Positions 39,085 through 52,689 of a stretch of DNA of 64,000 bases are shown piece after piece. The position numbers and the translations under genes are program-made. Origin of the DNA: Ylistrum balloti (taxonomy: Eukaryota); assembly GCF_031769215.1 (NCBI RefSeq), contig NW_026782064.1:1116001-1180000 (forward strand), read 5' to 3'. Every line of letters starts with the position of its first letter. The stretch's first letter is position 1. Under the pieces are notes generated by a model. That model saw only the letters and a program-made list of their open reading frames with translations, ran no database searches and was not told the DNA's origin.

Positions 39085-39650
39085 AATAATAATTCATACT
39101 CAAATTCAATACAATTAGGGCAAAATATGAACAACGGAAAACCTTACACACGAAAGCTCATGAAAAAGTAATATGAGAATAGGACCAGATGTTCCGGAAG
39201 AGTATGCTTCTTCTGTTTTATCAACGACACCCGCCAGGTAAATGTTTGTCAATTCAAGTAAGAAATGCCATGTTTTCAAATGAGTACCGGTAATATTACA
39301 ACACAACCACCATGTTTACTATCGAGTGTCGAACAAGCCTAACCCAAACAGTAATATAACTGTTTGGTGGTAATCACTTATGTCTATTATGTCTAAAGTC
39401 AAGGAAATCATTGAGCAAGAAATCGTGAAAATGTTTGAGTTACTGGTTGACAATATCTTTCAGATCTTCTAACTATACGACCAAAGTGTGCTCCTCTTTT
39501 CTCTTGGATGATAAATGTTTATTTTCATACCAGGCTGTTTGAAAACTGCTATCCAGATTTAGATTCAAGGACACGACATGGTTCCTACATCAATGAGGAA
39601 GACAATGGGAAATCTTTATGGTTACCACCATGATCTCATTGGCTAATATT
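39085..39650 (+). mobile_element. Penelope-like element relic: RT fragments preceded by an oppositely oriented terminal repeat
   Basis: + strand EIVKMFELLVDNIF (39419-39460), CAPL (39487) and LYGYHHDLI (about 39615-39642) match recalled mollusc PLE RT motifs (MLEFLIDNIFV, NCAPLLADL, YGRHHDLV). A terminal-repeat copy lies at 39085-39250. Confidence 0.6.
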
Positions 39651-42600
39651 CTATTGCGATATGATGTTAAATGTGTTCGCTGCTCGTTCACATGTCTGGT
39701 TTTTCGTTGTTGGTAACCTTTTTGTCATTTTGGAACGTGAAATTACTTCATGGAATTCACCATGATATTTTAGCGTGTCAATTGTGTTCAGATTTAGAAA
39801 AGAATATTTCCCCATTACATCCTTATGGCGAGCATAAAACGAAAAGTTTAACAGATCAATGTGATTTCAATCAAACTAGATCACTTATCAGGACTTCATT
39901 GTAAATTTTAGTAATGCGCTCTTCCTTACAGAATTGTTTGCTTTATTACCTGAACTTTATGCAATTTAATGTAAGGTGTAGTGATATGTTGAATAGAATG
40001 CAGGAAATAATGATAGCACTTAGCCGAGAAACCACATTAAAGAAGATGATGATTAAATTTTACTATCAGGTTAAGGGCCAAATGAGTGTTGCTGATGACG
40101 CCTTCCAATGATAAATTCATCATGCAGTCTTATGTTTTATTCAAGGAAGCATGTAGGTCACCGGGAACCACATCATATATGGTCACCTGGTCTTAACGAC
40201 GACATCAGTGTAGATTACTGGTAATGTCTAAAAGGTTACGAATCACCACAGACAAAGTTTTATCTTCAATTTACTGCAGTTGATTCAGTTGTCCTTCATG
40301 CATATGGTAGATATTAATGCATTTCACACAGATATATCAAGAATTTGTGACACTGTGCGCAGGTGTACCAGACAGAGAATTACTGATATGCTGAGGTCGT
40401 TTATAGCCTATGCACTTGTGATAAAAGTTACGAACGTGACATTGAATTGTTGAGGACAAACATTGTACAGAATACAACAAGATAATCTAGATTACAAATT
40501 TATGTTATCGAAATAAGAGGTTTAAAGTCGTTCTCTTTTTACTCATAATCACACACTTATTTATGGCTAAGTTTTGCAAAACTAACTGTTCATTATATAT
40601 TACAGTAATAGCGATCTCAATACCGAATAAATATCACCCATCAAATCAATGCTGAGTATTGACACCGTTATTGAATTTATTTGGTCATTTAATACCTTAA
40701 AATGATAAGATAGATAGCTTAATGACCTTCACTTGAAAATACAGTTATACCTTAAGAAGATTGTTCTTTTTGGCATGTTGCTGAAACCGAAGGTACGTTT
40801 AGTCTAAGGTAAATTCGGTTCGTTCAGTGAGCGTTATCAAGCAGAGTGTTTCCTGTCTGTTTCTACCTGTTAGATCTACCAGCCGTGTGTTCTACCTGTG
40901 GTCCGAAGACAAATATTGGCGTGTGAACAGTAATTGTTTCTTTATAATCAAACTGTTATCGACTTTCTGATGGATGTGGGACCCTATATAGGGCACTAAT
41001 TACCATTGTGACAGAGACACGTCCACGTAATTACTGAATGTAACGAACAACGAGGCAGATTTATAGTCAGTACCCGGGCGCACAATACACGCGGACACAC
41101 GGCAGGATGTGAGCGTCCATGTGACCATTTCCATTAGGTTATTGAACACTGAGTTCAAACGTTTTCTTTACGTGGGTAGTTGGCGAATTGGACTGTCTGC
41201 GTGAAGAGGCGTAAAGGTAAATTTTGGTTCTGTTTGTTGTAATGATGCACATTTGGATGTTATTGTGATATGAAATGTACTGTTAATGTACGTGAATATA
41301 TATGTAGTTTCCCTGGTACTTAATGGCCGTAGTTTTCGCTGACCGGCTATTATGCAATATTTATGTTTAAATACATTGTCAGAAAGTTGGCTGCTTTGGT
41401 GAGTTGTATGTACCTGGTATTCTGAAGTTAATCCCTTACTACTTTGTTTGTTTGTCGCGCCGGTATTTAATTCTGGTTCGTATAGCAATATACGCATGTT
41501 CTCAGGAGTCTACCTTGTTTGCTTCTCTAGCTGGTTGTAGTTAATGACATTTTTGTTTAATTCATCTAGTTACCTCAGTCCTTTCTTATCTATCATTCAT
41601 ATTTATATATATATATATTGTTACATCGTATATTTTTGCTGTTTATTGAGTGACCTATCTTTTTAGTTATCTCTTTCCATCGTGTTTTTCTGAGCTATAC
41701 TTCAGATGTTTCTTTCCCTTTTGTAACTTTAGTTTTATTTACCTTTTCTGTTAGTTATACACGGCCTTTAGCTTTTGCTGTCTCTTTCTTGTATGTTAAG
41801 TGACCTCTATTTTCAGGAATCTCTTCTCTTCGCTTTCTTTGACCTACATTTTTCTGAGATATTTTGTACTTGAGTATTTAATAACAAATACTGATAGTTA
41901 TTCCTGTTTTAAAATTGTTGGTTCAATCAGAAATGTAATATTGATAGTAATAACAGACAACATTAGCTTGAACTGTACTACTTCATTGTTTGTTAACATG
42001 TATGTATATTTTACCTGTTATGCTGTCATTTGACCTTGATTTTGAATCATATGTATAAAAACCTTGCACTACCCTCTATCAATTATTCCGTTTCATGCAA
42101 CCTACACCTCCTTATATCTCACGCTTATGTTAACAAGTCTGCACCCAATGACACCTGTAAACAGCATACCTTGGACGGTCCATTTTCTCCTTGTAAAAGT
42201 ACATTTATGCTAATGTGAACATAAAGGCCTAAGAGGGAGATGTTTAGATGTATTACCCCAGTGAAACATCTGTACAGTGTACTAAGGTGTTACGCCTTAG
42301 CTAAAACAGATTAGGTAAGATAAGTATTGTCTCCTGATCGTTATACACGTTATTCTCCTACTTAGATCTGTATCGACAAGATTGCATATCCGATGAGACA
42401 ATAGATAAACATGACTTGTATAGACACAGCTATGTCTGCTGTTTCTATCAGGTTAATATAATATGCTTGAAAATATCGGACAATGAATAACCACATAACA
42501 ATCAACATAAAAGTTTTGCACCTGTTCATAAATCGTATTAATTATATAAGTGACATATCCGTAATACCATTCTACTGGTGAATATAGATGGCACGACAGG

Positions 42601-44243
42601 CCTTTGGGGTGACGGGTTAGTTCTAAAGTAATGTGCTCTCTACGAAATTGGCCTAATTTTGCAGCATGGTATAGTAGACCCTGTGTTTCATGGCCAAGTG
42701 GTGTACAAAGTTCAGTGTTGGCTTTCCAGCACGTTTATTTGTATATGGATGAAACAAAAGCTCATTATGAATCAGATCATATTGATCATTACCTGACAAA
42801 ATACGCTATATTGTGTGTGGATATATGATTTAATTCACCAAAAGATTGTTACATCTCACGTAACTCAGGTAAGTATCGACTTCTACTTAACTAAGACAAC
42901 GTATACCTGATACCTATCATATAGTTTATCAATGGATGAATATCTATCATATAAACGATTAAATCAAAAATTGTTGGAAAGTAGAAGGTTTATTTAAATA
43001 TCTACTAAACATATGTTTATTAAGTATCGGAGTTTAATGCGCGATCAAAAAATACAGAAGTGTGGCGAGAAAATGTTCACTTTTCATTTTCTTTCAGGAA
43101 ACATGAGGCACCATAGCTTGTTCGAACAGTTTTGAACCTATTTTAAAGTAATTTTGTGTTTTCTGACGATTTCTGAGATTACGTGTCATTACTACGTGTC
43201 CAGCCTATGACAGTTCAGTGGTATACCTCTTTAATATGGTCTTTGATTGGTATCTGCAATAATGCATCATAAAAAGTTGACGATGACCAGTATAAAAAGT
43301 TTAGTCATAGTCCGAAAACGATATAAGAATGCATACGACATTGACAATACATGCATCACATGACTGTCATACTCCATCAAACACTAGAATCAAGACACTG
43401 GAAGAAATTTCTAACTTCCGGGACACATTAAAATTCGTGTTGTAGTTGTGATATAACGTGCATTGGCGCTTAGATCACTGAGACCTTGAAAACTGCAGTT
43501 CCAGTAGGTCTTAACTTTGTCTCAGTGTCTGGCGCATGTAAGAAGTGTTTAAACGTAGTGATACCTCATACTGTGGAATGCATCAATCCTGATCCCTGTC
43601 GATATTTGGAGCCTTTTTTAGATGCCTCTCATTACAGCCTACCAACTTATGCATGTTTTACCTTGGAACAAATGCTCTGTATATGTTGTTTTGTTCAATA
43701 ATCCAAGAATTGATGATGATCAGGAAAAATGTTCTTATAATAACAGGCATATTTAATGATATATTGCTGGGCATAGGATGTGTCCTTACAGTGATACTAA
43801 CATTGGCGGTGTTTCTCCTTAAAACATCAGATAAACGAGCTATCGTCAATACATACGTTCAAGGAGACACAAAAAGATTCAAGACAAGAACTATATCCAG
43901 TTTAATTCTAAATCGTTATTCTCAATTTATTAACAACGCCATGTCGATGCCACGTGACTAATGGTTGAAGGTATTGTGTAAAATTGTTAACGGTAAATCA
44001 AATAAGACCAATGTTTTATATCATTCTCCTTAGTAACAGCAATTCGTTTCTATTTTATCAGTTATAGATTTTCATTAAAACATTTTAGAATACGATGTTG
44101 ATAAATGTCTTAAAATATTTCCTATCCTAGTTTCAGAGAGAAAAAAAGCACACAAATCTTAGTTTAACAATGAGTAACACGTATAACACCACATGTTCTA
44201 AATTATGAATAACTATAGCTAACGGCGTAAATTTACTGTAAGA

Positions 44244-44446
44244 GACAGGGGGAGATGAGGAGGAGGAGGAGGAGGAGGAGGAGAGAGAGGGGGGAGAAAG
44301 AGAGATGAGGAGGAGTAGGAGAAAAAAAAGAGAGAGAGAGACAGCGAGATGAGGAGGAGAGAGAGGGGGGATATAAGGAGGAGGAGATAGAGAGAGGAAG
44401 AGAGAGAGAGATAAAGGGATGGGGAGGGGAAAGAGAGAGGAAGAGT
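44244..44446. repeat. Polypurine (GGA)n/(GA)n compound microsatellite
   Basis: About 200 bp of almost pure G/A with (gga)n and (ga)n runs. Confidence 0.95.
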
Positions 44447-47339
44447 GTGCAAAATCTCATCGGTTGATCAGATGTACACTATATATGTAAATCTCTCGTG
44501 ATTTGTGAAGCGACGCCTTCCCTTGCCAGGTTGAGCATATCATATTATATCTTTAATTGTTTATTAATCAATTTGTCACTCCAGCAGTTCAAAACAGTAG
44601 GTGTTTAAAATGATTAAACTGTCTGTTTTTTATGTTTCATGACGTTATAAATTCACCTAATATATAGTTCACTTGCCTCTGTTTCATCTCGTACTATTAT
44701 TAGAATTTCATTCTCAAATTACCGTTCCATTCTACCGAATTAAACGAAATGCAAGTCAAAGATAAATGTCGAGGTAAGACAGGAATGGTTTGAATCATAT
44801 TGTTACTGTTTATTGACCAGCTGATTTGGTTTTTTTTATTATTATTATTTATGACATCTAGGTCGTCAAAGGTAACACTTCAGAAACGTTTGTCACTTAT
44901 TTGTGTTTGGCTAGTATATGTATCCGGAAAGAATCAACAACTTCTATATAAAATATACATTATAGTTCAGGATGTAGAGCTTTCCTGAGTTCTATTTCAT
45001 AACACAGATAAATTGTAAAGCTCGTGTTTAACATATGATTTACCACACTTAATATCGAGTATAAGCTGTAATGCATACAAGCAATTGTATTCTCTGTGTC
45101 TCGTGTTATACCATTTCTGTCCATTTGTGAAAAAATACCATTGTTTATCGGTAGGAAAACATAAAATAAATTCTTCTTGGTGGTAATTGTTCACGAAAGT
45201 TTTATTTACTGGTTGGTCAGGTAGCTTTATTTTGTTTGATTAACTGACCACTGAGTGACCAGACATATTTGAAGTACCCGGTTGTACATATTGACATACC
45301 TGATTGTACAACACCTGTTTGCCAGCGCTACTAGATATATCCTCGTGGTATCATAATATTATATTTGTATTGAATTACTATTTAGTTGTTGAAGTTAAGG
45401 ATAAGCTTTCAAATATAAATTAAAATTTTGTTTTTAAAGTCATACGTGTTGTTTGTTTAATGTTATTCATCTACATTGTTTGTCTACCGTATATGTTCAA
45501 CAAACTACTCTCTCAATTTACAACATAAAGGCCGTTTGAACGGATTGTCCAAAATATAAATAGGATTACAATAGATGAAATGCAATTCTTAGCATTCATA
45601 CAATATAATGAAAGAGTATGTGTATCAGAGTGTAAGTTATGTCGGAAATCGAATGCAATCAGCAAGTAAGAATATCGACACAAATAGAGGAAGTAATTAA
45701 TCAAATGATGATAACACATTCGATTTTTTAGTCCTCTCGCCATAAAAACTTATTTATTCTGTCTTTTAAGACACGATTTACTGTAGACGATTATTTTTTA
45801 CTTGTAAACGTTTATTGAACTCCCAGCTTACAGGTGTAAAGCAAAACATAGCTATATCGTCGTAAACCTATTATGGGGAAGAATACGGTAAAAGAAATAT
45901 TTCCTATAAAAATATAGCACCGTGGCTGAGACGTTAGTTTGTTTTACAGCTTAAGATAATAAATTACAGATTCCTTTGTAACTCATTCACGCAAAAATCA
46001 ATAGCCCCTTTTTCTGAACTTTGTGACTGCATTGGTCTAGTCTGACAGTTGGACACATTTTCTACCGGCTTGTATCAACATACAAGTTGACGTGTGTAAT
46101 GAATGTATTTTAGGCTTAATTCCAAGTCCTCTACACCACTTCTCGCGTCAAATTAACGTGAATGTAATTTAGATTTAAAACTTCAATTAATATCAGACCA
46201 TAGTCATTGAACATGTTTTAAAGACAAGTCTTTGTGATCGCGGTAAACAAATTACCGTGTGACGATATTTGTCACGAAAGCACCTGTTTAAAGCTGTCGT
46301 TAGTTTGATGGGAACTGCTATTCTAAAGCCATATACCCTTGAGGATCAAAACAGACAATTATCCTGACTATATCCCAATTTAATCAGACAAGGTTACCCG
46401 GCGGAATCAGGACTTTCTACACCCTCCACCGGTCTTAGATCTGTCGGTCGTTGTCACACCTTTAATAATAACTGTTTGTGTATTGGTTTTTTAGCTGGAT
46501 AGTCGGCACATCTATAACAGGAAGGGCGAATTTTAAATATCGACATTTGTATAACATTTGAAAAGATGATTCGTGGAATTGGATAAGAATGGAAGTGTTG
46601 ACAGAAGTCTCCTTCGTGCTTGACCCAATCTTGTAGCTGGTAATAGTGTTTATCTAAGAGTGCTCCTCAAGTGGTCAACCCTTACCAGTGAATCTCGAAC
46701 TGACAGGGAATACTTAGCATTACTAAAAGGGACAGTTTTTACCTGACAGGTGAGATAAACATGAACACTAACATTATGATTCTTAACAGTCATTCAGCAG
46801 TAATAAACTGTGTGATTTTACATAAGTTATGCTTGCACACTCCGTGGCATTTATTGTCTGTTTCTATGTCAATGTTTGGAGATATTTTACACACCAGACA
46901 TATACATCAATAGCTATTTGCAAATGTTTTCTCCCTGTTGTGTGCCATGCCATGAAACATTAATAGGCTTTCTTTTACAACAACAAGCTTGTAGGAGATG
47001 AAATACTGCCTTGAGAGACGTGCAAGTTATTTCACATCAATCATTTACAAAATACTTCTCGTTATTGATAGAAAATGTATCACAGAACGTGTTTGATGTA
47101 CATATTGATTCATCTCCAAGTCGAACGTTCAAGCGGTGTCTTCATAAAGTTTTTTTTATTTGAGCTTTATGTGTGGTTTAAAGTGACGTGTATACCTTGT
47201 GTGTCATTTATAAAATATAAATAGTGATACACATATACTCAAACGAACATGTTTTATATATAATGGCATTTAACGACATCCATCGGCTGTATATATATAA
47301 TGGTTTTTAACGACCTCCATCGCCTGTTTTATATATAGA

Positions 47340-47447
47340 GAATACATTGTCAGTGTCTTGAAATATAAGCTGTATTCTGGTGAGGGTGAAGGTTTCTGTT
47401 CCGAGCCAAAATACGACTTATATATTTAAGACACTGGCCAGGTATTC
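47340..47447. mobile_element. Short foldback (MITE-like) element
   Basis: Arms gaatacattgtcagtgtcttgaaatataag and cttatatatttaagacactggccaggtattc are imperfect reverse complements about 30 bp long. Confidence 0.55.
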
Positions 47448-49158
47448 TATTTATCCTGTGATATTGATTGAAAATCAGACAATCGAAACTGCAGTAATTT
47501 TGTTGTTCATTCTTTGTTGACCTGTCAGTGACGTTTCGCTGAATTTTTTGCCTGATTACGGTTTCTTACGTAGGCCAAGATTATTGCTCCGCGCAGAAAT
47601 GTAGTTCCAAACTTCAATTAACATGACAACTATCTGGAAAATCTTTTTAAATAATTTGTACAAAACAGCATATAAAATCTCTTATTTCAACAGTTATCTT
47701 TACTGCTGAAAGTTGTTTTGATAGAATGATTATCATAGCTGTTTTCCTACTGTGAAATCACCTTATCTGTGTCAGCAGAATAGACTTAGAATCTGGGATA
47801 TGTAAATATGTTTAGTGTTGTGACCTTAAAATCGATTGTAGTTTTGATAGAATGATTATCATATTCTATGTGAAATCACCTTTCTGTGTGGCTGAACTTC
47901 GTACCCTACATAATCATACCATCAGCTGTCGAAATGTATTGCGTATAGGAAACAAAAACATGACGTGTAGATTTCAACAGTTGTCCTTGGAAGCCATTTC
48001 TTTTACGAAGAAAAAAATTAGTTGACATTTTCTTCTCTTTCCGTTGACGAAACTCGTGAAGATTTGTGCTTGTTGGCTGAAAAAGAGACTAACTAAAATG
48101 GAAAATAATATTCGTAGACGATTTTATCAACTTGAAAATGAATACAATATCTTTTAAAAATGGATATCAATAGTTTTATCTGATAGACATATTTGATGAC
48201 TTGTTAAACGTTTTTACATACCAATATTTATCCTAATAATGTGGAGAGGTCAGCCTGTGTTATACATCTGTCAATAGTCAACAAAGGGAGAAAATAACAT
48301 GGATTTTTGTACTGCAAAGTCTATTGATCGATAAGATTTTATCACCTAAATCCCTACCATTCATTTAGTTGTGTCAGGTTTAGGTTCGCTATAAACATGT
48401 CACAGAGGATACATTAGGTTTACGTTAGGTCTACCCAACACACGTGCTGCCGGCGTTGATATATAATATACCTAGATGTCATAATATTCCACTACTACTC
48501 ACACACAACAATGCACACCTGACAAACCTAATAATACGAGTCTAGTACATTACACCCTATAAATGATCGAACTTCTTCAATTATAATTAATTTGAAGTGA
48601 TCAACAAGTCCACGCCATTAGCGGAGTGGAGTTCTGTACACATAACATACAAAGGCGTCAGCCCGTAGCTACACCAGACATATATATACAGCGAGTTTAT
48701 TTACCCCGGCACTGCATTGTAAATCGGCTTTTTACATATAAATTCAGGTAGATGTATTTATTTAATAGAATCTTTTCACTTTTGTTAAATACCCAGTACG
48801 AATTTGAATGCCCTTTGCCCACATAATAAGTTGTTATAATCGGATAGGTTTAGTAAGGCTTTCTACCGGGGATTTACCTGTTGATTAACCTAACGAAATG
48901 TAACTGTATACTTCCATTCCTTCTTTCAGGAGTGTGCGCTGGACAGGTGAGGGGAAGTTTGTTTCCACTTCAGCCAAGATTCTACGTCACAACCGGCCAT
49001 CCTAGTGTTCCAAATTCCACCACGGACATTCCTCTTTCCGTGGACACATGTGTTACGGGATCTGTGTACCATGAATTTTGATTTTCGAATCGGATACCAT
49101 AAGCTAGTGTATAAACTGACACAAAAGGACGACAACGGAGTAAACTTAAAACGACAAA

Positions 49159-50535
49159 ATGTCTGTTCAAATGGAGAACAATCCCCCTCCGCCTAAGCGT
49201 CGTCTAGATTTCTTTCTGACGGAGAAAACTCCAGCAAGACGATTCGAACCCAGAGCGTCGATAGATAAACGTCAGCAGGAGAAAGCTATAATAGAGAACA
49301 TTTCACGGCGTATGTTCCCTGTTGGTGTTCGCGCTCCACTTTTAACAGATATACCCGATAATCGTGGAGACACTAACTTCCGGTTCGATGTTATAAGCCC
49401 CAAACGAATACCCCGCCCGATGAAAGAACAATTATCTTCTTCGTTCAGTCCACGCAAGCAGACACCGAACAACAGGTCACAGAATTCTTCTAAAACGCCA
49501 TCTGTAATTTCCCCAAGAGCGTTCAAATTTCTGCTTTCGGACGGATCTTATAAGGATACTAAGACGACCGACGATACAATTAAGCAACCAGATGCTTGGG
49601 AGCAGTGGAAGGAAAATATTGCGCGTGCCAAAGATGCACGTGACCGGATGTACCGGAATACATATTGTTTATCTAAGGACAAGTTGCGATACCATGTGTG
49701 CACGCTTCCTCGAATCGTTAACGACAGACCATGGACGGTCGGTGATATTCCCGTTGACAATAGTAGAAAAAACATGGTGTTAGAGCGACAGGTTAAAGAT
49801 GCGGTCCTATCAAACAGGATGATAGTACCACAACCGGAAAAGAAACGAGTAGAATCAATTCAGGTAAAGGGACTTCAAAAACAAAACACAATGGACTCTG
49901 TCACGAGCGAAAATTGTTTTGAAGTTCGAAGAATTGAAGCAAGCACTGAATTCTTGAAGGAAAATGCGGGACAGTTAACAACCGTAGTTAGACAACCAAG
50001 TGACATGGGGCGAATTTATGAACACGCTTCATCCAAAACGAGGAAAATCGATCGTCCATTAAAACATGAATATATGAAATACCGACCAGCGCAGTGGGGA
50101 ATTAAAGTTCCATTACGCCTGAGGAAAAACTCCAACCAAGGAATTACAGACAGAGACTATAAATCTGTGGAGGCATACAAGGAGTATGTGGAGTTGATGC
50201 AACAGCGGGGAGTGGAAGGGAAGAGCAATGACCATAGGTCAGCAGATAGGGAAAGTAGTTTGGTGTCACATTATGGGTACGAAAATAGGGTTCTTCAATC
50301 TGTGATTGACGTCAACCAGCCCAATCCTGCTACCGGTGCGGACGGTAGGTCTGGTAACCATGCCAACTCCATTGTGATTGAAATAAAGCCCACATGGGAT
50401 GAACACGAGAGTAGGAAAAGTGAAAAACAGGCGCCTTCTGACGAAGGCAGAACGTGCCCAGTAAACTCTCCATTACTGGGAACCCACCAAGAAAAGGTTG
50501 AACTTCTAGAGGAGGTTGACCATCAACCAGAGTGA
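49159..50535 (+). CDS. Uncharacterised 458-aa basic protein, single coding exon
   Basis: 1.38-kb open frame with in-frame stops just upstream of aaaATG. A probable 5'UTR intron spans 48748-48929 (cag|gtagat ... ccttctttcag). No recognisable domain. Confidence 0.82.
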   Translation: MSVQMENNPPPPKRRLDFFLTEKTPARRFEPRASIDKRQQEKAIIENISRRMFPVGVRAPLLTDIPDNRGDTNFRFDVISPKRIPRPMKEQLSSSFSPRKQTPNNRSQNSSKTPSVISPRAFKFLLSDGSYKDTKTTDDTIKQPDAWEQWKENIARAKDARDRMYRNTYCLSKDKLRYHVCTLPRIVNDRPWTVGDIPVDNSRKNMVLERQVKDAVLSNRMIVPQPEKKRVESIQVKGLQKQNTMDSVTSENCFEVRRIEASTEFLKENAGQLTTVVRQPSDMGRIYEHASSKTRKIDRPLKHEYMKYRPAQWGIKVPLRLRKNSNQGITDRDYKSVEAYKEYVELMQQRGVEGKSNDHRSADRESSLVSHYGYENRVLQSVIDVNQPNPATGADGRSGNHANSIVIEIKPTWDEHESRKSEKQAPSDEGRTCPVNSPLLGTHQEKVELLEEVDHQPE

Positions 50536-52411
50536 ATGATATTTGAGTAATCGAATAGTTATCTTTGTGTATCGACAATCGGTACCATTCGTGGAATTTT
50601 GGGTCATTGTGGAATAACACGACAATGTGCATTGACTATTTAATTAATCAATGATTGGCCTTGACATTACTGTATCCTCATTAGGGAGCCTAATAGCTCA
50701 CGTGCCGGTTGGTTAGTTTTGAAGAATACCAATAATCATACAGCATCATGTGACACCCATGTGACATAGCTTATCTTTTGTTATATAACATAATAAGTCC
50801 TAAAAACAAATTGAAATATGAAAAATGATACGAATCACTTACGTATTTACAACTCTGTTAATCTATAACACGTGAACCCTTTATGTTGTCTTATTGTTAA
50901 GAGGAAAGCAGCTTGTACAGTACTGTATATTGAATTGTACAAACAAAGTATTTGTTGATGTAAACGTAATACCTACGTATAATCAAAGGCAAAACAATGC
51001 TAACTCATAACTGTCAATCTCAGATTCCCACGTATACTCTCAATGTCAATACGTGTAATTTGCATGTTGATTTAACATTTAAACATATCCATTAGAAAAT
51101 AAAAGAAATACGAAATCATGCTAAAATTCTCACTTTATATTTACAAGGTAATAGTTTTTAGTACCAGTGCCAATAGCTATCACCATCAACTTTTATATAC
51201 ATAACAGTTAAACCAGAATAGTTTGAAAAGCGTGTTTTTCTTGAAAGCAGTGTGAGGTTCCATGGTACTATTTTATGAGAATTTTGATATCAAACTGTAC
51301 TCTTTTATTTGGATTAACGATTTTTTTCTACTTAGATAACGAAGCTCTATCTAATCATTTTATTCAGAATGCTTTCAGCACTGATTAATCCAGTCAACAA
51401 GGTATCGACAAGGTATCTCCGCTGTTTATCCGGATGAATTATATAGTGTTTTGTTCGGACCAACAAACTGTCGGATTGTCGAGGAACTGTTTTACTTGAA
51501 ATGACAGTTTTACTATGTTTACGATTACTGAGGATTATCTAAACCGAGGCAGGTCTCGTTACATTACTGTTCTGCACATATAATTTATATATCCGTACCG
51601 GGAGACAACACAATGTGACTGTCTTAAGCATTCAATCTTGCTCGTGCCGATTTAAGTTGATCTTGGGACAAATTTAATGCGAGGCAGTTCATGTGGAATT
51701 TGTCTGAAGACCAACCCAATTTACCACCACATGCCATCGACAAACGCAAGATTCATTGCTTATATTTCTGGTGGTTTGTTTTCAACATTTTGAACGAATC
51801 GTAGTCTACAGTTACTTGTGCGAGTCTAATGGATTGCGTTTTAAGATAAAGTCCGACATTTTAAATTAGAGGACGATCAAACAGTATTACAAAGGCAAAA
51901 TATAATTATGCGACACGTTAGAAAAACAATAGGAAACAACATAATCAAACTGTAATTATTGATTTTGTCAATTTATTTTAGAAATGATGAAAATTGCCCG
52001 ACAGCTACGCGAAAGAATAATGTTTATACTGCGTTCTCCGGTCGTCTCCCACGTCGCTTCCAACTGGGCGGCAGCCATTTTAAATTGTCGCGGAGTGTGA
52101 TTTGTTTGAATCTTTCTCAGTAGCCTTAAGTATCCCTGGCATCAAGAACTTAGTCGGAAAGCAGTGACCTATCAAAGGCGCTCAGTGGACGTTCTTGACC
52201 TTGATGGAAATCGTCATTTTCCTGCAGTGAATGATTTATAAATTTTGTAGCAGACTAAAACATTTGAAAAGTCTTAAGCAGTTATCAAAACATGGAAAAC
52301 CGACGCAACTCTGCTCAAATTAACATAACGTAATATTTTGATTAATCTAATACTTGTACATATTATTTGTCTTTATAAATTCACATTCTGGAACTTCAAT
52401 ACTTTTATTAA

Positions 52412-52630
52412 AAGGTGAAGATACGGGGTGTGCGATTTGATCCCTACTCGGGCGGTTTGTGTTTCTCAGGTGAAGATCTTAGGTGTGTGATCCGATCCCT
52501 ACTCGGGCGGTTTGCGTTTCTCAGGTGAAGATCTTAATTGTGTGATTTGATCCCTACTAGGCCGGTTTGTATTTCTCAGGTGAAGATCTCAGTTTTTCGG
52601 CTCGATCCCTATACTCGGGCGGTTTGTGTT
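52412..52630. repeat. 55-bp tandem repeat x4
   Basis: aggtgaagatcttaggtgtgtgatccgatccctactcgggcggtttgcgtttctc with period 55; it contains a B-box-like gatccgatccc/gctcgatccc. Confidence 0.88.
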
Positions 52631-52689
52631 ATGAAGCTGAGATCACCGACTATCCTGTACTGAAGCGATTCTGTCATGAGAAGAGAATT

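Noticed and set aside
40150-40400. DISRICDTV resembling the RT motif DFSKAFDTV
   Set aside because: Only one weak motif, with no convincing neighbouring motifs in order.
43486-43961. Two overlapping hydrophobic ORFs resembling GPCR transmembrane segments
   Set aside because: No DRY or NPxxY motif, no consistent splice model, and AT-rich DNA readily gives hydrophobic translations; a decayed pseudogene cannot be excluded or supported.
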